A program made the translations under genes and the position numbers. The notes below the pieces were generated by a model, which was given only the letters and a program-made list of their open reading frames with translations, had not been told where the DNA came from and made no database searches. Positions 1 to 14,683 of a DNA stretch of 64,000 bases are shown here, piece after piece (the first letter of the stretch is position 1; each line of letters opens with the position of its first letter). The DNA is from Epiperipatus broadwayi (lineage: Eukaryota > Animalia > Onychophora), in the NCBI GenBank assembly GCA_028023455.1, contig JAQFVV010000003.1, positions 27,776,001 through 27,840,000 of the forward strand, given 5' to 3'.

Positions 1-3000
1 ATCACAGCTGACAGCAATATTTTTTTATTATAATAAATTCCCAACCGATGAATTTATCAATTTTCAATGGAGAAAAAAGTTATGGGGATCTATTTTCAAA
101 ATCCTAAATCACTCAAATAATCAATATTTGGTTCTCGAATTTCACAACACAATACAAAAATAAATCTTCCCACAACATATACAATTCCTAAACAATAAAT
201 ATAATTGTTATTTAGACTTTAATAGAAGGCTAAATCTAGCAGGTCAAATCAAAAATTATCATGTCATATTTACTAATCAAGACCTCAAAACATTCTAAAT
301 TCATAAGGGAAAATTACTAATTTCAGATATTTGTTGGGAAAAAGAATATCAATTAGTATTAGTATTGACAAACACAGCCTTTTTCAACATGACCCTAAAT
401 AAAGGTATAAAACCATATGATGTACTTACACTTCATGCCACATACTCTTCACCACTGATAATAACTTTTAAAGGAATACCACCACAATGTTTTTACTGTA
501 AATCCATGAATCTTATAATAAAAGACTGTAATGAGCACTTCTGTAATAAATGTGGTTTTAAAAAAACTAAGCTACATCAGTGCAATAAATCACCAGGATC
601 ATCCATCAATGAACAGAATATTAATCAAGGAATGAATGTTTGGGATTTTCAGATCCCACAAAATACGGAACATTAACCCTGAAGACAAGTCAATTGGTTT
701 CCAAACAGAAGATGAATATCTACATCTCATACAAACTTCACTGATGATTATACTATCGAGTCATCAAATGAATCTGAAATGGACCAAATTATAAATAATA
801 ATAAAAACTCATCAGCTGAAAATGAAGAAGACTTTAAAACAATCATAAAAGACCCCCCCCCCAAGAAATAAGAACAGCATCTGATAACATTAGTATAAAT
901 GATTTGCAGATGATAATGGAATATCAAACCAATACCAGATTAAAAAAAAAAATCTGATTCTTTAGAATATGCACCCGCTACTTAAAAAACTAAACTACTT
1001 AACATATCAACAAAAAATACTTCAGGTGACAATTTCAAAATCTATACATTGGACAAGACAACAAAATGCCAATTTTCAACTGGCTTCTGAACAGTTACAT
1101 TGCGGGCGTTGAAAGCAATAATAAACCAACCAGAGTAAAAAAAAGTCACAATGCTAAAGAAATTATAACAAAAGAACAAAGCTCAACTCACACATAAGAC
1201 ATGAGGAATAATAATTTACCTACTGAAATCATACAATAACAGCAGCATCAATGCTAAATGATCAATAGAACAATCGCCCAAAAATTGCATTTGATTTTTT
1301 CTTCCAAAATTTATGATGGATTAGATGTCAAGTATCGTATATGGTTTAATACAACCTAATTCACATTTAGAATTCTACTCATAAACTGCTCATTTAAATC
1401 TACATTTTCCAGTGATCTTTCTTAGAGTAAAAATGTAATATTCACTTTGCTATCATAATTTACTTATAATTAACAATTATATAAATACAGCTAATTCTAA
1501 AGCTTTCATATTCGATCTATACAAAACCTAATGCATATTAAAATCTTAGCTATTAATGTCAGGGGCATCAATTCCTTCAAAGGTTATTTGCAATTAAGAA
1601 TTGGATAACAATTTACACCACACATATTATTCATAGAGACAAACGCACAATACATACGAAAATAGATCATCTAAAATACTTTGGCAAATTAGGTTTTTTA
1701 AAATTATCTTAGCCAAACACTGCTGCAGCTGAGGTGGGGTTTTAATTCATCATAGATCCTCTTTCCTATCTTTCAAAACACTTTACCTTGACCATTATTT
1801 TACCATTCATGTAATCACGCTTTACCTATACAACAAAATATATCTAATACTGTAATTAATTAATCAAATAAACCTTTACGTAAATACAAATTCTTATCCT
1901 ACAGAACTAATGGGTGATTTAAACATTTCTTATCCAGAATTTGTCTCCAAATTTCTACAATGCATAAACAGACCACTTATGAGTGCAGAAAGTTTCTGTC
2001 ATTCTATACAAGGAAACACTCTAACTGATTCCTTTTATTCCTCTAATTTCCATTTTATCATTCAACCTTCCCTAACCCCTTTCCCTTTTCTCTGATCATT
2101 TTACCCTCAATGCAGTACTTAAGGTCATAGATTCCCCTATAACATGATAAGAATACTTCTCAAAATGGCTACCACTGATCTCCAAGATATACATATATTT
2201 CCAAAAGATCAATATGACAACTCAGTAGAAGGTTGGTTTTCTTTTATCAACACACACAAAAATAAATCGCCAATCTCAATGTCAAAAAATTTAGAAACAA
2301 TCTGCCAAAAATTACAACTCACATCATGTGATTCTGATGCAAGTCCCTCCATTTTGCATCTGAAAATACCCAAAAAATATTAGCTGACTACATTTCCATG
2401 AAAAAAGCTAAACTACTTGTAGACTAATCACACAATTGGTCCAAAGGGTATATACAATGGGCTCTGAGTTATTGAACAAACAGGTCCATCTCCTCTTCCA
2501 TTACTAAAGATTTACAATTTATTACTGGTGAAAATATGTTGCCTCATATTTTTTATTATCATTTTAAAAATAATTTCAATCCCTTCAACCTCATAATATA
2601 CCCATTTCCTTGTTCAGTCAAAGTGATGGCAATCATGAAATTCATATATACCAAATTCCAATCAAATTAAATTCTAAGCCAGACAGTACTCATCCAGGTT
2701 CACACACAATCCCTAAATTTGTTCTCGGCCATTTTACCATTGATATTATTTACAATCTTTTAAATTACTGCTCTACACAAATTCAAAAAATTGAGCAGTT
2801 GCACCCAATTTCACTGGTACTGTTTTTAAAAGAAAATTACATCACCCCCCTGAATAATTTACGACAATCTCCATGACACCATTAATGATTAAAGTCATAG
2901 AAAACCTAATTAAGGACAAAATACAGCCAATCCTGTCCCTAACATATTAGCTCATCAATTTTCTAAAAAGGGAACTTCCACTACTGCGGGAGTGATGCTC

Positions 3001-4500
3001 TTCAGAATTATCATTGGTCAAGTCAGATATGCTAGAAGCGCTGGGCTTATTGCACTACAGCTGGACATCAGGTCAGCTTTTGACTGTTCCAACAGAAAAG
3101 CTCTTGTAACTAGTCAAACAACACAATATTCTTATACCAATCCTATATATTCTAGCAAACACTCTATAATAGAGAAATTCATATAACTCTAAATGATAAA
3201 ACAATACCTATTTTCACTCAGTATAACTCAAAATCCCAAGGCTCTCCTTTAAGTGACTTGCTCTTTTATTACATATATTAACCCTCTTTTCATTCAAACT
3301 AAAGTCTTCTTGGTATCTATATACAATCTATAAATCAATATATAAAACATTTCTTACATGGTTGATCTTATAATCATTCTTCCATCCAAATAATACATAC
3401 TACAAATAATTTCTCTACTTGAACAATATACTAAACATTATTCCTTAAGCTTCAATATTCAAAATCATCAGCCTGGAACACTGTCTGGGAAAAACATTGC
3501 ATCCCCTTTCACACCATCTTAAATTCCTTGGCTATCCAATATTTCTTTCAGTCAATGAATTAACAAATTCTATCCAGAACAAGCTCTTAACTTCCTTAGA
3601 AAGCACTTTTATTTCACTCTCTCAAGATTATCAATCCGTGCCAAAATCTCACTTATTAACATGCTCATCTTCCCCAAAACTACCTTCTATTCCCCTATAA
3701 TTAAATTCAATAAAGTATTTATTAAGAAAATACATTCCCTATGCACTGAACATATCTGGGGTAAGAGGACTGTTGCTATTAGTAAAATATCCATGCACAG
3801 ATCTTCAAAGATCAATGGGCTATCTTTACATTGTATTCCTGTTTTCCATATACAAAGAGTAATAAATAAAATCACAAGGATTCTTGACTTTTTCACTTAC
3901 ACTCAAAATTTCATACCTGTCAACACAACTGACATTCCACCACAACCAAAGAGTAAATTTCTAGGCAACTTATTCAAGTCAATCATTCCTTTCATCTCTA
4001 GAAATCATACAATCTTTAAGGAAAAAATAACTTAAATCAGGATATTATAAAACCCATGCAATTTAAATATTAATATCTTGAATATAAATGTCTGGATTTT
4101 ATGATTAAAAAAAGTCTGAATGCACTACTCACAAATAGCTTTTTAACAAAAAATTCACCAATGCTAATATAGACACCTATTGCCGGTTATGCCATAGAGA
4201 TGAAGAAACATCAGCACATTCTACATGATTGCAGTGCACTATAAACATATCGCACACTCATTAGCATAATTATACGTAATCACTCTCCTTCCCTTTTGGC
4301 TCTCGGCAATAGCACAAATAGAGGGCTCTTCCCTAATATCAGATATCCAACTTTATACTTTTCACTCTATGGTTTCTGAAGTGCCACTTTTGCTTTAATC
4401 CTACATCTAGTAAACTTTGCTCACTCTTTTATAGCAAATTGAGTAAAATTAAAACCAGTGGCCAGGCTAGACATATTTGCACTGATCTGGAGCTTGATTA
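1..4500 (+). mobile_element. Degenerate L1/Tx1-like non-LTR retrotransposon (5' end outside window; 3' end approximate)
   Basis: Ordered motifs despite stops and frameshifts: ORF1 zinc-knuckle-like CFYCKSMNLIIKDC (ORF 365-676); APE start MHIKILAINVRGINS (1531) and MGDLNI (1910); RT motifs LDIRSAFD (~3060), QGSPLSDLLF (3237), YMVD in place of YADD (~3355), LKFLGYP (~3520); C-terminal CRLCHRDEETSAH (~4180). Confidence 0.82.
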
Positions 4501-5348
4501 TATTGCCTGCATCACTACAGGTACTACCTACATAACCAATATATTCCTTTTATAGTGGTTATGTCTTTATTATCCAGTTTTGTAATGATGTTAGAGTAGA
4601 CCTTACCTATAAACAAAAATGTATGTCTCACTGTTTCATATAATGGAATCTCATTGTAACTACTATGCAAATAAACTTCTTTAAAAGTTATTGGAAGTTT
4701 CTGCACAAACCAATTAAAAAAGAAAAACATATGCTTTGATCTTTATTACTTTGCATTAAAATTGCAGTATCAGAATCCTTTTTGATTAAAATAGTGTTTA
4801 TTCAAATATATTTTAGTCTCATACTATTATATTTTTATTATTTAAAGCCAGTATTGATTAAGATGGTGGAAATATCTAGATTTAAGTCTTTATTAAAAAA
4901 TCCTTTGGTGGCAAAATGAAATTTAAAGTTTTTGGTTGATTAAACTTCAAAACAGCAGCAAATTCTACATAGAGCAGTTCTGTCTAAACTTTGGCAGATA
5001 ACAATACACTAGACATGGATTACATTATCAGTTTATGTTCTATAGAGTGCTTGCTAGTTCATTTTTAAGGATCATTTCAGTCTTTCAAATAGCATTGCCA
5101 GTTGTTATATGATATTTAGTCATTATACTAGTAGTTACTTACCTAAAAATTTCTATATAGTGTAAAAATTAAAAAAAAAAAAATATGATAAATTAAATTT
5201 TAATTAGTGAATTAAAATAATCTATCCCAAGATTAAATAACTTTCCTTCATCATTAATATTTTTCTGCATTTGCACAATAATTGCATCCATATTAACATA
5301 ACCATTTGTAAATTGCTGAAAGTTTATGATGATGGTATTGTAGATGTT

Positions 5349-5547
5349 ATATGTTGGACTATCTATCATTAAATGTAGAATGTCTAGAAAATTTTAACCT
5401 TTTCAAATACAAACAACTGTTAGTAATCTGTGTTGTTTATTTGTGTGTTATTACTCAGTTGTTTATAATTGAAAACTTTAAATAAAGTTTAACATTTTCT
5501 AGACATTCAACATTTAATGATTAGATGGTGTAAATAGTCCAACATAT
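5349..5547. repeat. Small foldback/MITE-like inverted repeat
   Basis: Arm 5349-5403 (atatgttggactatctatcattaaatgtagaatgtctagaaaattttaacc) is an imperfect reverse complement of 5484-5547. Related sequence occurs at ~27300-27410 and ~32660-32760. Confidence 0.55.
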
Positions 5548-6829
5548 TATAACATTATTTTATAAACATTGCATGATTTGCAAAATTTCTATCTGGTGTC
5601 TACTGGCTATTCAATCCTTTCATAATACAGTGATGATAGGTTTTAATACTACAATTGATTATATGACTATGTTATCACTGTTAAAAAAATGTGTTTAAAC
5701 ATGGTAGTCAATTATTATAATTGAGCATATAACATTTATCATCAGTATTTTAATTTAGATGAGAGTAAGCAGGAAAATTGTTGCTATTCTAGCATCAGAC
5801 AAAAACAATCCAAATATTGACTGAATTGGTGAAGTAGATGACACTCAAATGTATTCCATATGTGTAGAATTTAGTCTTTGCATTGAATTCTAGGGACATC
5901 TATCTTAAAGATAAAATATATGTCTCATCATTTAATACTATACAATAATGACATTATCTTTGCCCATAACCATATATGAGCACTGGGTTCTATTAGATAT
6001 TAGATTGCAATGTAGTCAAGGCTTGAAACTTCTATTTATTTATGAGTATTTTGCTTTCAATCAAAATAAGAAACTGCTAAATAAGAATTCACCATTCAAT
6101 AACCAATTATTCCTATAATGCTAATAAAATTAATCATTTAATATGTTCATCATCATAATGTTTATCAAATTACATATATCAGAAACTCAGTGAAAGTTAA
6201 TGGTGGAACCAATTGAACGTTCTTTCCCTCCACTAGTCACAATTATCCAAAAGAAAATAAATATCTTAAAAAATATTTAAATTTTTTTTCGAGAACTGCT
6301 TTTATTCACATAAATGCATTAAAATGTAAAACATGCATTAAACATAAAAAATTATATTCAGCTTTCATAAATAACAGTATGCTGCAATCATGTTTACAAA
6401 TTCATAAGTTAGATGCCCAAAGATTCATTTAAATAAATTTACAATTAATACCCATTTTATTGTAACAAACTACAGTCTATTTGTCAGTTAAAAAATTTGT
6501 TTTATCTGATGAATGCAATGATTGATACAAGAAAGTAGGCATTAATTGCAAGTTTATTTAAATGATTTTTCAAGAAACAGATTTTTGAATTTCCAAACAC
6601 TATTGCTCTACACCAGTGTTTCTTAAACTGTGGATTTGCAATCCTTCATTATCTTTAATATATTACGTTTTCTATACAGTGCAATTATAAAATCGTAATA
6701 GATGGTCAAGTTGAGCTGTAAATTATATTTAGATATTGAAAAATTACACTAAATGCATCATAATAGTGGTGTCATATTGCAATTTCAGCATGTTATTTCA
6801 GAATCAAAATATAGCTGCAGTGGCAAGAA

Positions 6830-6955
6830 AAAGGTTGGTGTCATTGCGATTATATAATGCATTTCTGGTCAAATTATTTGTTTCGGTTTCATAAAGGTTG
6901 GTGTCATTGCGATTATATAATGCATTTCTGGTCAAGTTATTTGTTTCGGTTTCAT
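6830..6955. repeat. 63-bp tandem duplication inside the hAT 5' region
   Basis: aaaggttggtgtcattgcgattatataatgc...ggtttcat occurs at 6830 and 6893 with one mismatch. Confidence 0.9.
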
Positions 6956-7395
6956 TTCAACAAGTGTCCACATCGCAAGAACAATACAATATTGTATTTT
7001 ACTCGACTAAGATTAATATTTATTTGAATAAATATGTTATTTTTTATATGTAAAAATGCTTGTATACTTTTTTTTTCTCACTTTTTTATTCAAAATTTAT
7101 CATCTTATTAATTATTATAAAAATTTATTTTTTATTTGAAACTTATTGTCATTTATTTATTAATAAGTAAAAACATATTCCTATTTTTTAAACTTAACAG
7201 GTAATTTATAATTGATTTGTTGATATTTTTTAAATATTAAAAAATAAAACATACGGAGGTATTAAAAAATAAAACATATGGGAATAAATATGCTTCATGT
7301 AGTTAAACAAAAAACACAGCTCCCACTTGGTGTCTCTACTAACTAATAAATACTGTTATTTTATTTATATTTTAGGATAAAAATACTTTTTACCC

Positions 7396-9175
7396 ATGGA
7401 TAAATGGTTGAACTTGAATACCAAAGGTAATGATGCAGATGACAATGCTACAAAGTCTCCAAGCAGGATCTCGTAATCGGAAAGAGGCATTTAAGATGAA
7501 AAAAAAAAAAATGATGAGACATTTCACCAATTTGGCTTTACTTTCAATAACTGTGATAGTAATGAACAACCTCTTTGTTTAATTTGCAATAATGTTTTGT
7601 CTATGGAGAGTATGAAACCATCAAAATTAAAAAGACATCTTGAATCCAAGCATCCTTCATATGTCAATAAACCAAAAGAATATTTTGAATGACTGTTAAC
7701 TTCAAATAAAGAAAAACAATATTTTGAGAAAATTATAACTGTTAATGAAAAATATTTACTAGCATTATATGAAGTTTCATATCTGATTGTTAAAAATAAA
7801 AAGCTATACACCATTGGAGAAGATCTTATATTACTTGCTGCTATTAAAATGGTCGAAATACTTCACGGAAGTAAATATGGTGATGAAATTTGGAAAATTC
7901 ATTTCTGAAATTAGCAATGATCAAGAAAACCCAATATTTATAATTCAGTTGGACAAAACAACTGATATTTCAAAAATAGCCCAATTATTAGTGTATGTCA
8001 GATATATTTATAAAGAAAACATTGAGGAAGAATTGTTAATTTGTCATTCTTTGGAAGAACGTACAAGAGAGAAAGACATATATAATATAGTAGACAAATT
8101 TTTTAAAACTGAAGGTTTAGAATGGAAAAATTGCTTTGGAGTATGCATAAATGGTGCAAAAGCAATGACTGGTGAAAATATTGGTTTTAAATCATTTGTC
8201 AAAGCTTCTGGTAATAATCATGTAACTTTTACACACTGCCTGATACATCGAGAGGCCCTTGCAGCAAAAAAATTAGCAACGGAATTGAACGATGTGCTTC
8301 AGGATGCTAAAAAAAATTATAAACTTTATTAAAAGCCATGCGCTTAACAGCCATTTATTTTCAAATCTTTGTAAAGACATGGATTCTGAATACAAAAATT
8401 TATTATTACATGCAGAAGTAAGATGGATGTCAAGAGAGTGAAGTTTAAGAAGATTATTGTTATTAAAAGAAGAAATTATTGTATTTTTAACCGAACAAAA
8501 ATCTAATCTTGCTGCTCTTTTTCAAAATGACTTGATATTTTTGAGAAACTAAATGATCTTAACTTGTCTCTTCAAGGGAAAAATAGCAATATTTTTACTT
8601 CAAATGATAAAATTGAAGGTTTTATTAAAAAGATCAACATTTGGAAGAATAAGGTGGAAAATGATTCATTGGAAATGTTTTTGACTATTGATAATTTGAT
8701 AATTGAAAAAATAATTGTATTGCAAAAATTATTATAGATCACTTAAAACTCAGAAACACAGTTTTGCAAATATTTTATATCATATTTAGATTTCAAAAAG
8801 TTATCTCGGATTCATAGACCATTTTTGATTGACATTAATGAGATTAATCACCTGCCATATAAAGTCCAAGAAGAATTTGTTGAGTTATCAAGTGACTCAA
8901 ACTTAAAACTTGACTTTCCACAAAAATACTTGACTGAATTCTGGATCGGAGCTAGGACTGAATTTCCCACAATTTCTGAAATGACATTAAATGTTCTTCT
9001 GCCATTCAGCATCACATACTTATGTGAAATGACTTTTTCAGCTTTAATGTATATTAAATCCAAATATCGTTCAATGCTGAAAAACATTGAAGATGCTTTA
9101 CCTCCAGCAGTATCAAATATTTCACCAAGATTTAATTTGTTATGCAGCAAAAAACAAGCACATCCGTCTCATTAA
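7396..9175 (+). pseudogene. Frameshifted Buster/Charlie transposase (ZBED5/ZBED8-like family)
   Basis: BED finger PLCLICNNVLSMESMKPSKLKRHLESKH; IQLDKTTD; HCLIHREALAAK; LLPFSITYLCEMTFS; C-terminus KQAHPSH*. Multiple stops and frameshifts. Possible 5'UTR intron 7201-7375 (gt...ag). Confidence 0.88.
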
Positions 9176-10299
9176 AATATGATTTTCTTTCATTAATTTT
9201 TGTATACTTAAAACAAATACTAAAACTACTTATATTGTTTACCAAAGAAATAAATTATTTATGGGAATACTTATTTCTATATCTATTTTATATTTAATAT
9301 TTGGGGTCGCGAAAAAATCTCGATGACAAAAAGGGTTCATGAATGAAAAAGGTTTAAGAAGCGCTGCTCTACACTTTTATTTCAGCTTAATACAATTGAT
9401 TTTTTAACTTTTAATGCTTTTATGTGAAAAAAAATTTCTTCACATTTTTTTTCCATTTTCTTTTGTTTTATATGGTAGCAGAAATTAGGAATGAAGAAAA
9501 TTTATATCAATTTAGTAGCACTAGATGACAGTACTATAAAGAGAAATGAATTGCACAGAATTAAAAAATTAAATATTTTGTTAATTTTTTGATAAAATTG
9601 TTTGTGAACTCTAAAAAAATATATTGTTATAGGTAATATATATGTGTGCTATTTTAACTAAGTAGAAATTGAGTTACAAGATTTTATATAGAAAGATAAA
9701 TAAAATAAAAAAATTGTAAAAAATTAAAAGCTAATTACTTACAATATTATTCACCATCAGTGTTGGTTTAACAGTAAAAATAAATTGCTAGTAAGTAAAA
9801 GTTACAGCTTAATTTCTTAGTGAAAACTATGTGAAGAAAAATCTTGTTGGGATATTTGATTTGATATCACTATATTTTTCCATTGTGGAATATAAATTAT
9901 TAGATTGTTTCCATCTTATATCTTGTTCTTTAAGGCTATGTCCAATTTTTTTTTCTTCATTAAAAATTTTCTGTATTACCAACTTAATAATTCCAACCCC
10001 CCCCCCCCCCCGATCTGACATGAACACCTCCCTCACCTTATACAAGTTTGTGCATCATGGAAAGCAAGCTGAAATAAATAATAAAAATGATTAATACCAT
10101 TTGCTTCACATTAAAGTATGTAATAACTTTTTTTTTTGCTAGGAAAAAATAGAACTGATTAAGACAAAATAGAAGTATAACACTCATGTCAGTTAACTTT
10201 ATTAGATTTACAGGTATTCATATAAATGTACATTTTCTTAAAGTCAAGATTAAATGTGTTTTTTATGTAAATCTTAATGTGATCATATAATAAAGTCTG

Positions 10300-10985
10300 G
10301 CAGTCATGAAATTTTAAAGTGCTCATAATTTACCCGAGTGGTAGAAGTTGCTGAATTAAAGAGAGCTGAACTAACAACATTGAATCTACTTTAGAGTATA
10401 TTGTTTTGCCTGAAAAAATCTTTATCTCCATTTAAAAAATGATTCTGCAAATACAATGAAGCTGTGAACTCTGCCATATTTTGTTTTAAGCCACCCTTGT
10501 TTACATCATATATCCTAAAATAAAATTTTGTTGACAAGCTTATTGTACTGTTACTTGACATGTGTAGAGTATGCATTTATAAATTAAGTTTATAATATAA
10601 ACAAAATGTTAAAAAAATAAACAATAATTGAGAAACACATTTATATATATATGTTGCAATACTATGTATTCAATCATTCATATTCATTTTAAAAAAAAGA
10701 AAACTTAATTTTTGATGCAATACAAGATCATCAATCAGAATGTTCTTACAATTCATATCATTTTGCTTTAAGGTATTTTCTGTTTTAATCAAAAATTGTT
10801 CCTTACTTTAGTTACAACATTAGCTGTTTCAGAAGCACAAACAACAATGGCATAAATCTGCTTCACTTTGATTGAAAATTCATTCTTTTGAAACATATGG
10901 CCTACTTCAGAATGACTTATTTTTCCTTACTACATCAATGATTTTCATTTTCTCATTTAATGAAAATATTTTACGACTTTTTTAT
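10300..10985 (-). mobile_element. Tigger/pogo-like transposase fragment
   Basis: Minus strand reads SRKIFSLNEKMKIIDVVRK / SEVGHMFQKNEFSI / ETANVVTKVR / DMNCKNILIDDLVLHQK and QGWLK, resembling the HTH-psq and CENP-B N-terminus of Tigger transposases. Heavily decayed; ends approximate. Confidence 0.55.
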
Positions 10986-11957
10986 TTTATTTATCCTTTA
11001 TTATTCTACAAATAACTAAATATATAATATGAATGATATATAGTATAAAATTTTTTGGGGAAAAAAAATGCAAAGAAAAAATTCTATACACGTGCATACA
11101 ATTTTGACACTGAAATGTATTTAAATCCTGAAGAAAATGTGATTAAATAAATTTATATTTGTGATTAGGGAACATTATATTTATCAAAAAAAAAAAAAAG
11201 ACTGCTACCATACAGAGATAAAATATGATTTAATAAGTTCACATTTGAGAATGCTATAGTTAGCAAAGAAAAAAAAATGACTGCTACCAAGTTAAGATTT
11301 GTCATATTTAATAAGTTTATAAATTTCAAATAGGCCAATTATATATTTATGACCACAAAGTAAATTTTAGAGCTGCATAACAGATGCATAGAGATGATAT
11401 TAAAAAATTTACTGATTGAAATAGCATGAAATAATATGATTACACAAATCCAGAAAAACAAGGTTTCAATAGATACGTCTATACAGATAGCAATAATGGA
11501 CACGTGTACCATATGAAGTTGTACATAGATAAGAATATAACTTCTGGTGTTGGCCAATATCTAATTACTTAAGCTGTGGTCTTAATAGTTTTCTAATATT
11601 CAAAAAGAAATGCTGTATTGTCTGCCACAAAAAAAAAAGCATGAAAGTTTTTTTGACTATTTGAAGTGATGATTGGACACACAACAAAAGTGCTCAGATA
11701 GGCAACTTTATTGCTTTTCAATTGAAGTTGAAATAGGCAATACATCTCTACAAACTCCACCTCAAGTTTTTTCAGGAACATTGACTAAAGTACCAGCCCC
11801 ACCACCATCTTACTGTACTGATGCTTCAATTCTGTGATCAGAAGAGAATGAATCATGAATAATTCCAATAGATAAATTGTATTTGCATTTTTATTTATGT
11901 TTATTTTTTTGCTGTATGGTTACAATAGCATTTAATTATTTCTATGCAATCATTTTG

Positions 11958-12144
11958 TAGTAATTACTTATACATCCTAATGCCACAACCTTTTAATACA
12001 GTTCCTTATGTTGTGGTGACCTCCAACCTTTAATTTTGCTACTGTTTTGAATCGAAAATGTGTTTTCCAATGGTTTTAGATGACCCCTATGAAAGGGTTG
12101 TTCGACCCTCAAAGGGGTCGCGACCCACACATCGAGAACTGCTC
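11958..12144 (-). mobile_element. SPIN/URR1-like hAT MITE with an internal deletion
   Basis: Minus strand GCAGTTCTCGATGTGTGGGTCGCGACCCCTTTGAGGGTCGAACAACCCTTTCATAGGGGTC...AACAGTAGCAAAATT...GGTCACCACAACATAAGGAACTGTATTAAAAGG is collinear with my recollection of the URR1/SPIN consensus. Not database-checked; TSD only partly visible. Confidence 0.75.
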
Positions 12145-14450
12145 CTTTAGATGGATTCTATCTAACAGTGAAATATTTTTCAAAGGCGAAAATTAAGACA
12201 GATAATAAAAATAGCATTAATATTCATTAAATTTTCTACATTGCACTAAATCTAAAACTTTTTTTCCGTTTAGCTACATATGTATTATATTTGAAAACTA
12301 TTTTAGACTTATTTATCTCTACTATTTTCATTTCCGTGATTATATATAGATGCCTATAAGGAAAGAATAGTTATGGGGTTTCTACAAAAAATAAAAGATA
12401 TCAAAATCTCTATTTTTTGATTTTTTAGAATAATGAATTTTTAAGTAAGTCATGATATATACCATTTTGATAAATATTTTATAAGGAATTTAATGAACCT
12501 GTTAATAAAAATACTATTTTGAAATTTATCCATGAAAATGATAATTTTTGAAAGCATTAAAATATTTTTTTTTTACTATTATGAATATGTAATGACTCTA
12601 TTTTTTCAGCTTTCTTATGTTTCTTGGTATATTATTTTTTTGATAATATACACCACTTGACTTTTGCATAATGCAAAATGAAAATCCTATAAAAATTGTG
12701 TATTTAATCAAGTTTTCTAAAAATCCAGTATGGCTGCCACGAAGTCTAAAAATTAAAGAATTAACAGAATGTTAGGAGCAATTCATGATTCTTTAAATCA
12801 ATAGATATTACTTAGTAATATTATATTCATATCCAATGTTATTATATCTCATTCTCAGTCTAGTTTCTATCTTATGATCTTGGATTCAATGTCTCTCATT
12901 TACAGCAACAAGTTTTTATTTGTTTATTATCAAACTAATAGCTTAAAATTCAAAAACAAATGTTTTGAATCAAATCCAATTTACTTGTTATATATGAAAA
13001 AGAGTAAAAGTTACTGCAATGCATGATGGACTTTAAATTCAAACTTCTCATTAATGAAGTCCATAACCCAGAAACTAGTGTAAGAATATAAATGTGATGG
13101 AACTGGATTGTACTGATACCATCTAATATATTATACATAGCTACGAAGTAGAATGAAAATAAATATCCATAAAATCATGTGTTAATAGAGATAGTCAAAT
13201 AATTGTTGAATATATATTCTCTGAGATAAAAAATAGTCAGATATTATAAAAGTGATATACTCTAAAATATATAGTTACTTATCTAATATCAGATTTACAT
13301 AATTGTGCAAGTAAGTTAGCTTGAGTTCAAAGCACTTGATATAAATTTAGCATTATCATCTAGTATTTATTAGTTATTCAAGCTTATAATAAATGATACT
13401 GAAGTATAATGAAAATAATTTTTCCCAATAGCATATTAAAGATAATCACAGATAGTCATGATATTTGTCAGCATATATTATTTTGGCCATAACTTAGAAA
13501 AATGCCTACATAAATATATAGTTAATGGCTTGGATTTAAAATATTAAAGTGTTTATTTTAAATTTTAGGTTATTAGTTTGATAGTGAAAAAAAAGAGTAT
13601 AAGATGGATGCTGAATGTGTAGTGTATTAAATGAAGGTTTTTCATTGATAATTTCATAAGCCAGAAACTAATTTGGAGATGTGAATAAGTGGCATTGGAT
13701 GTAATATCACTAACATATAATACTTATTGATTATTTAAGTTTACAATAAATGGTTCTGAAACAGAGTAAAATAAATTGTTCTTAACAGCATAAACGATAG
13801 CAAATTTTGAAAAGCTACAATTGCTGATCAATTCCTATCAATGCTTAGTCATCTCACACCAAGCTAATTATAACATTTGTCTATAAATAGAGATGATTAC
13901 ATATTAATCTCTTTAAGAGAAATCAATACAAAATTTAAAAATGAAATTAGACACATCACATTATAAAGTATTTATAATTATGGGCAGAGGTAAAGTAGAC
14001 CAAGTAAATATTAATCTTTCTAAGTCTGCCCCTAAATTGTTTATGGAATTTATAAAAAATTATACAATTATTTGATCAAAGTCTTCAAATATATACTTTT
14101 TTTTTTCTATTTATCTTTTATCAATTATCCCTACAAAAAAATATCAATGAACATTTGAAAGTTTTGATTAAAGCTATTTTAAAAATTAACATGAAGACAA
14201 TGTAAACATGTAATAGTATAATATCACGTACAAAAATTATGTTTCTTAATGAATGCATAAAATTACGCTAAATAATATTACTGAAAAAATATACAATCAT
14301 ATATACAAATTGTAAAAGGATGGATTATATATAAAGTTAAAGAAAAGGAAAGACTTTGATTTTAAATCACCCATGAATACTTTTCATTTTAACTTGATAC
14401 AAAATCTTTCTTTTTTATAATATATATATATATATATATACAGCAATGGT

Positions 14451-14683
14451 ACACAGAGGCTAAACTCTCCATACAGTAGCACCCCTAAGGGCAAGCCACA
14501 GTAATCAATGCATGCAAGAAGATTTGTGCATAAAAACCCCATCTAATACTACTCATCCAATATCACTGGACTAGTTTCTAGCTTGTGGCTTTCATCAGTA
14601 AGGAGCACAAACCTTCTTGCATCCATTGATTACTCTGGCTTGCACTTAGTGGTACTATTATATGAAGAGTTTAGTCTCTGTAT
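14451..14683. mobile_element. MITE-like element with ~80-bp inverted arms
   Basis: 14451-14529 (acacagaggctaaactctcc...gatttgtgc) is an imperfect reverse complement of 14605-14683, with a ~75-bp spacer. It lies next to a (TA)n tract. Confidence 0.8.

Larger units (their letters stand above)
6614..9366 (+). mobile_element. hAT (Buster/Charlie-type) DNA transposon, near full length, decayed
   Basis: TIRs CAGTGTTTCTTAAAC / CAGCGCTTCTTAAAC; perfect 8-bp TSD CTCTACAC at 6606-6613 and 9367-9374; transposase remnants inside. Confidence 0.93.

Noticed and set aside
11690-11840. Pro/Thr-rich plus-strand reading (EVEIGNTSLQTPPQVFSGTLTKVPAPPP) as an exon of another gene
   Set aside because: No recognisable homology or supporting splice structure.
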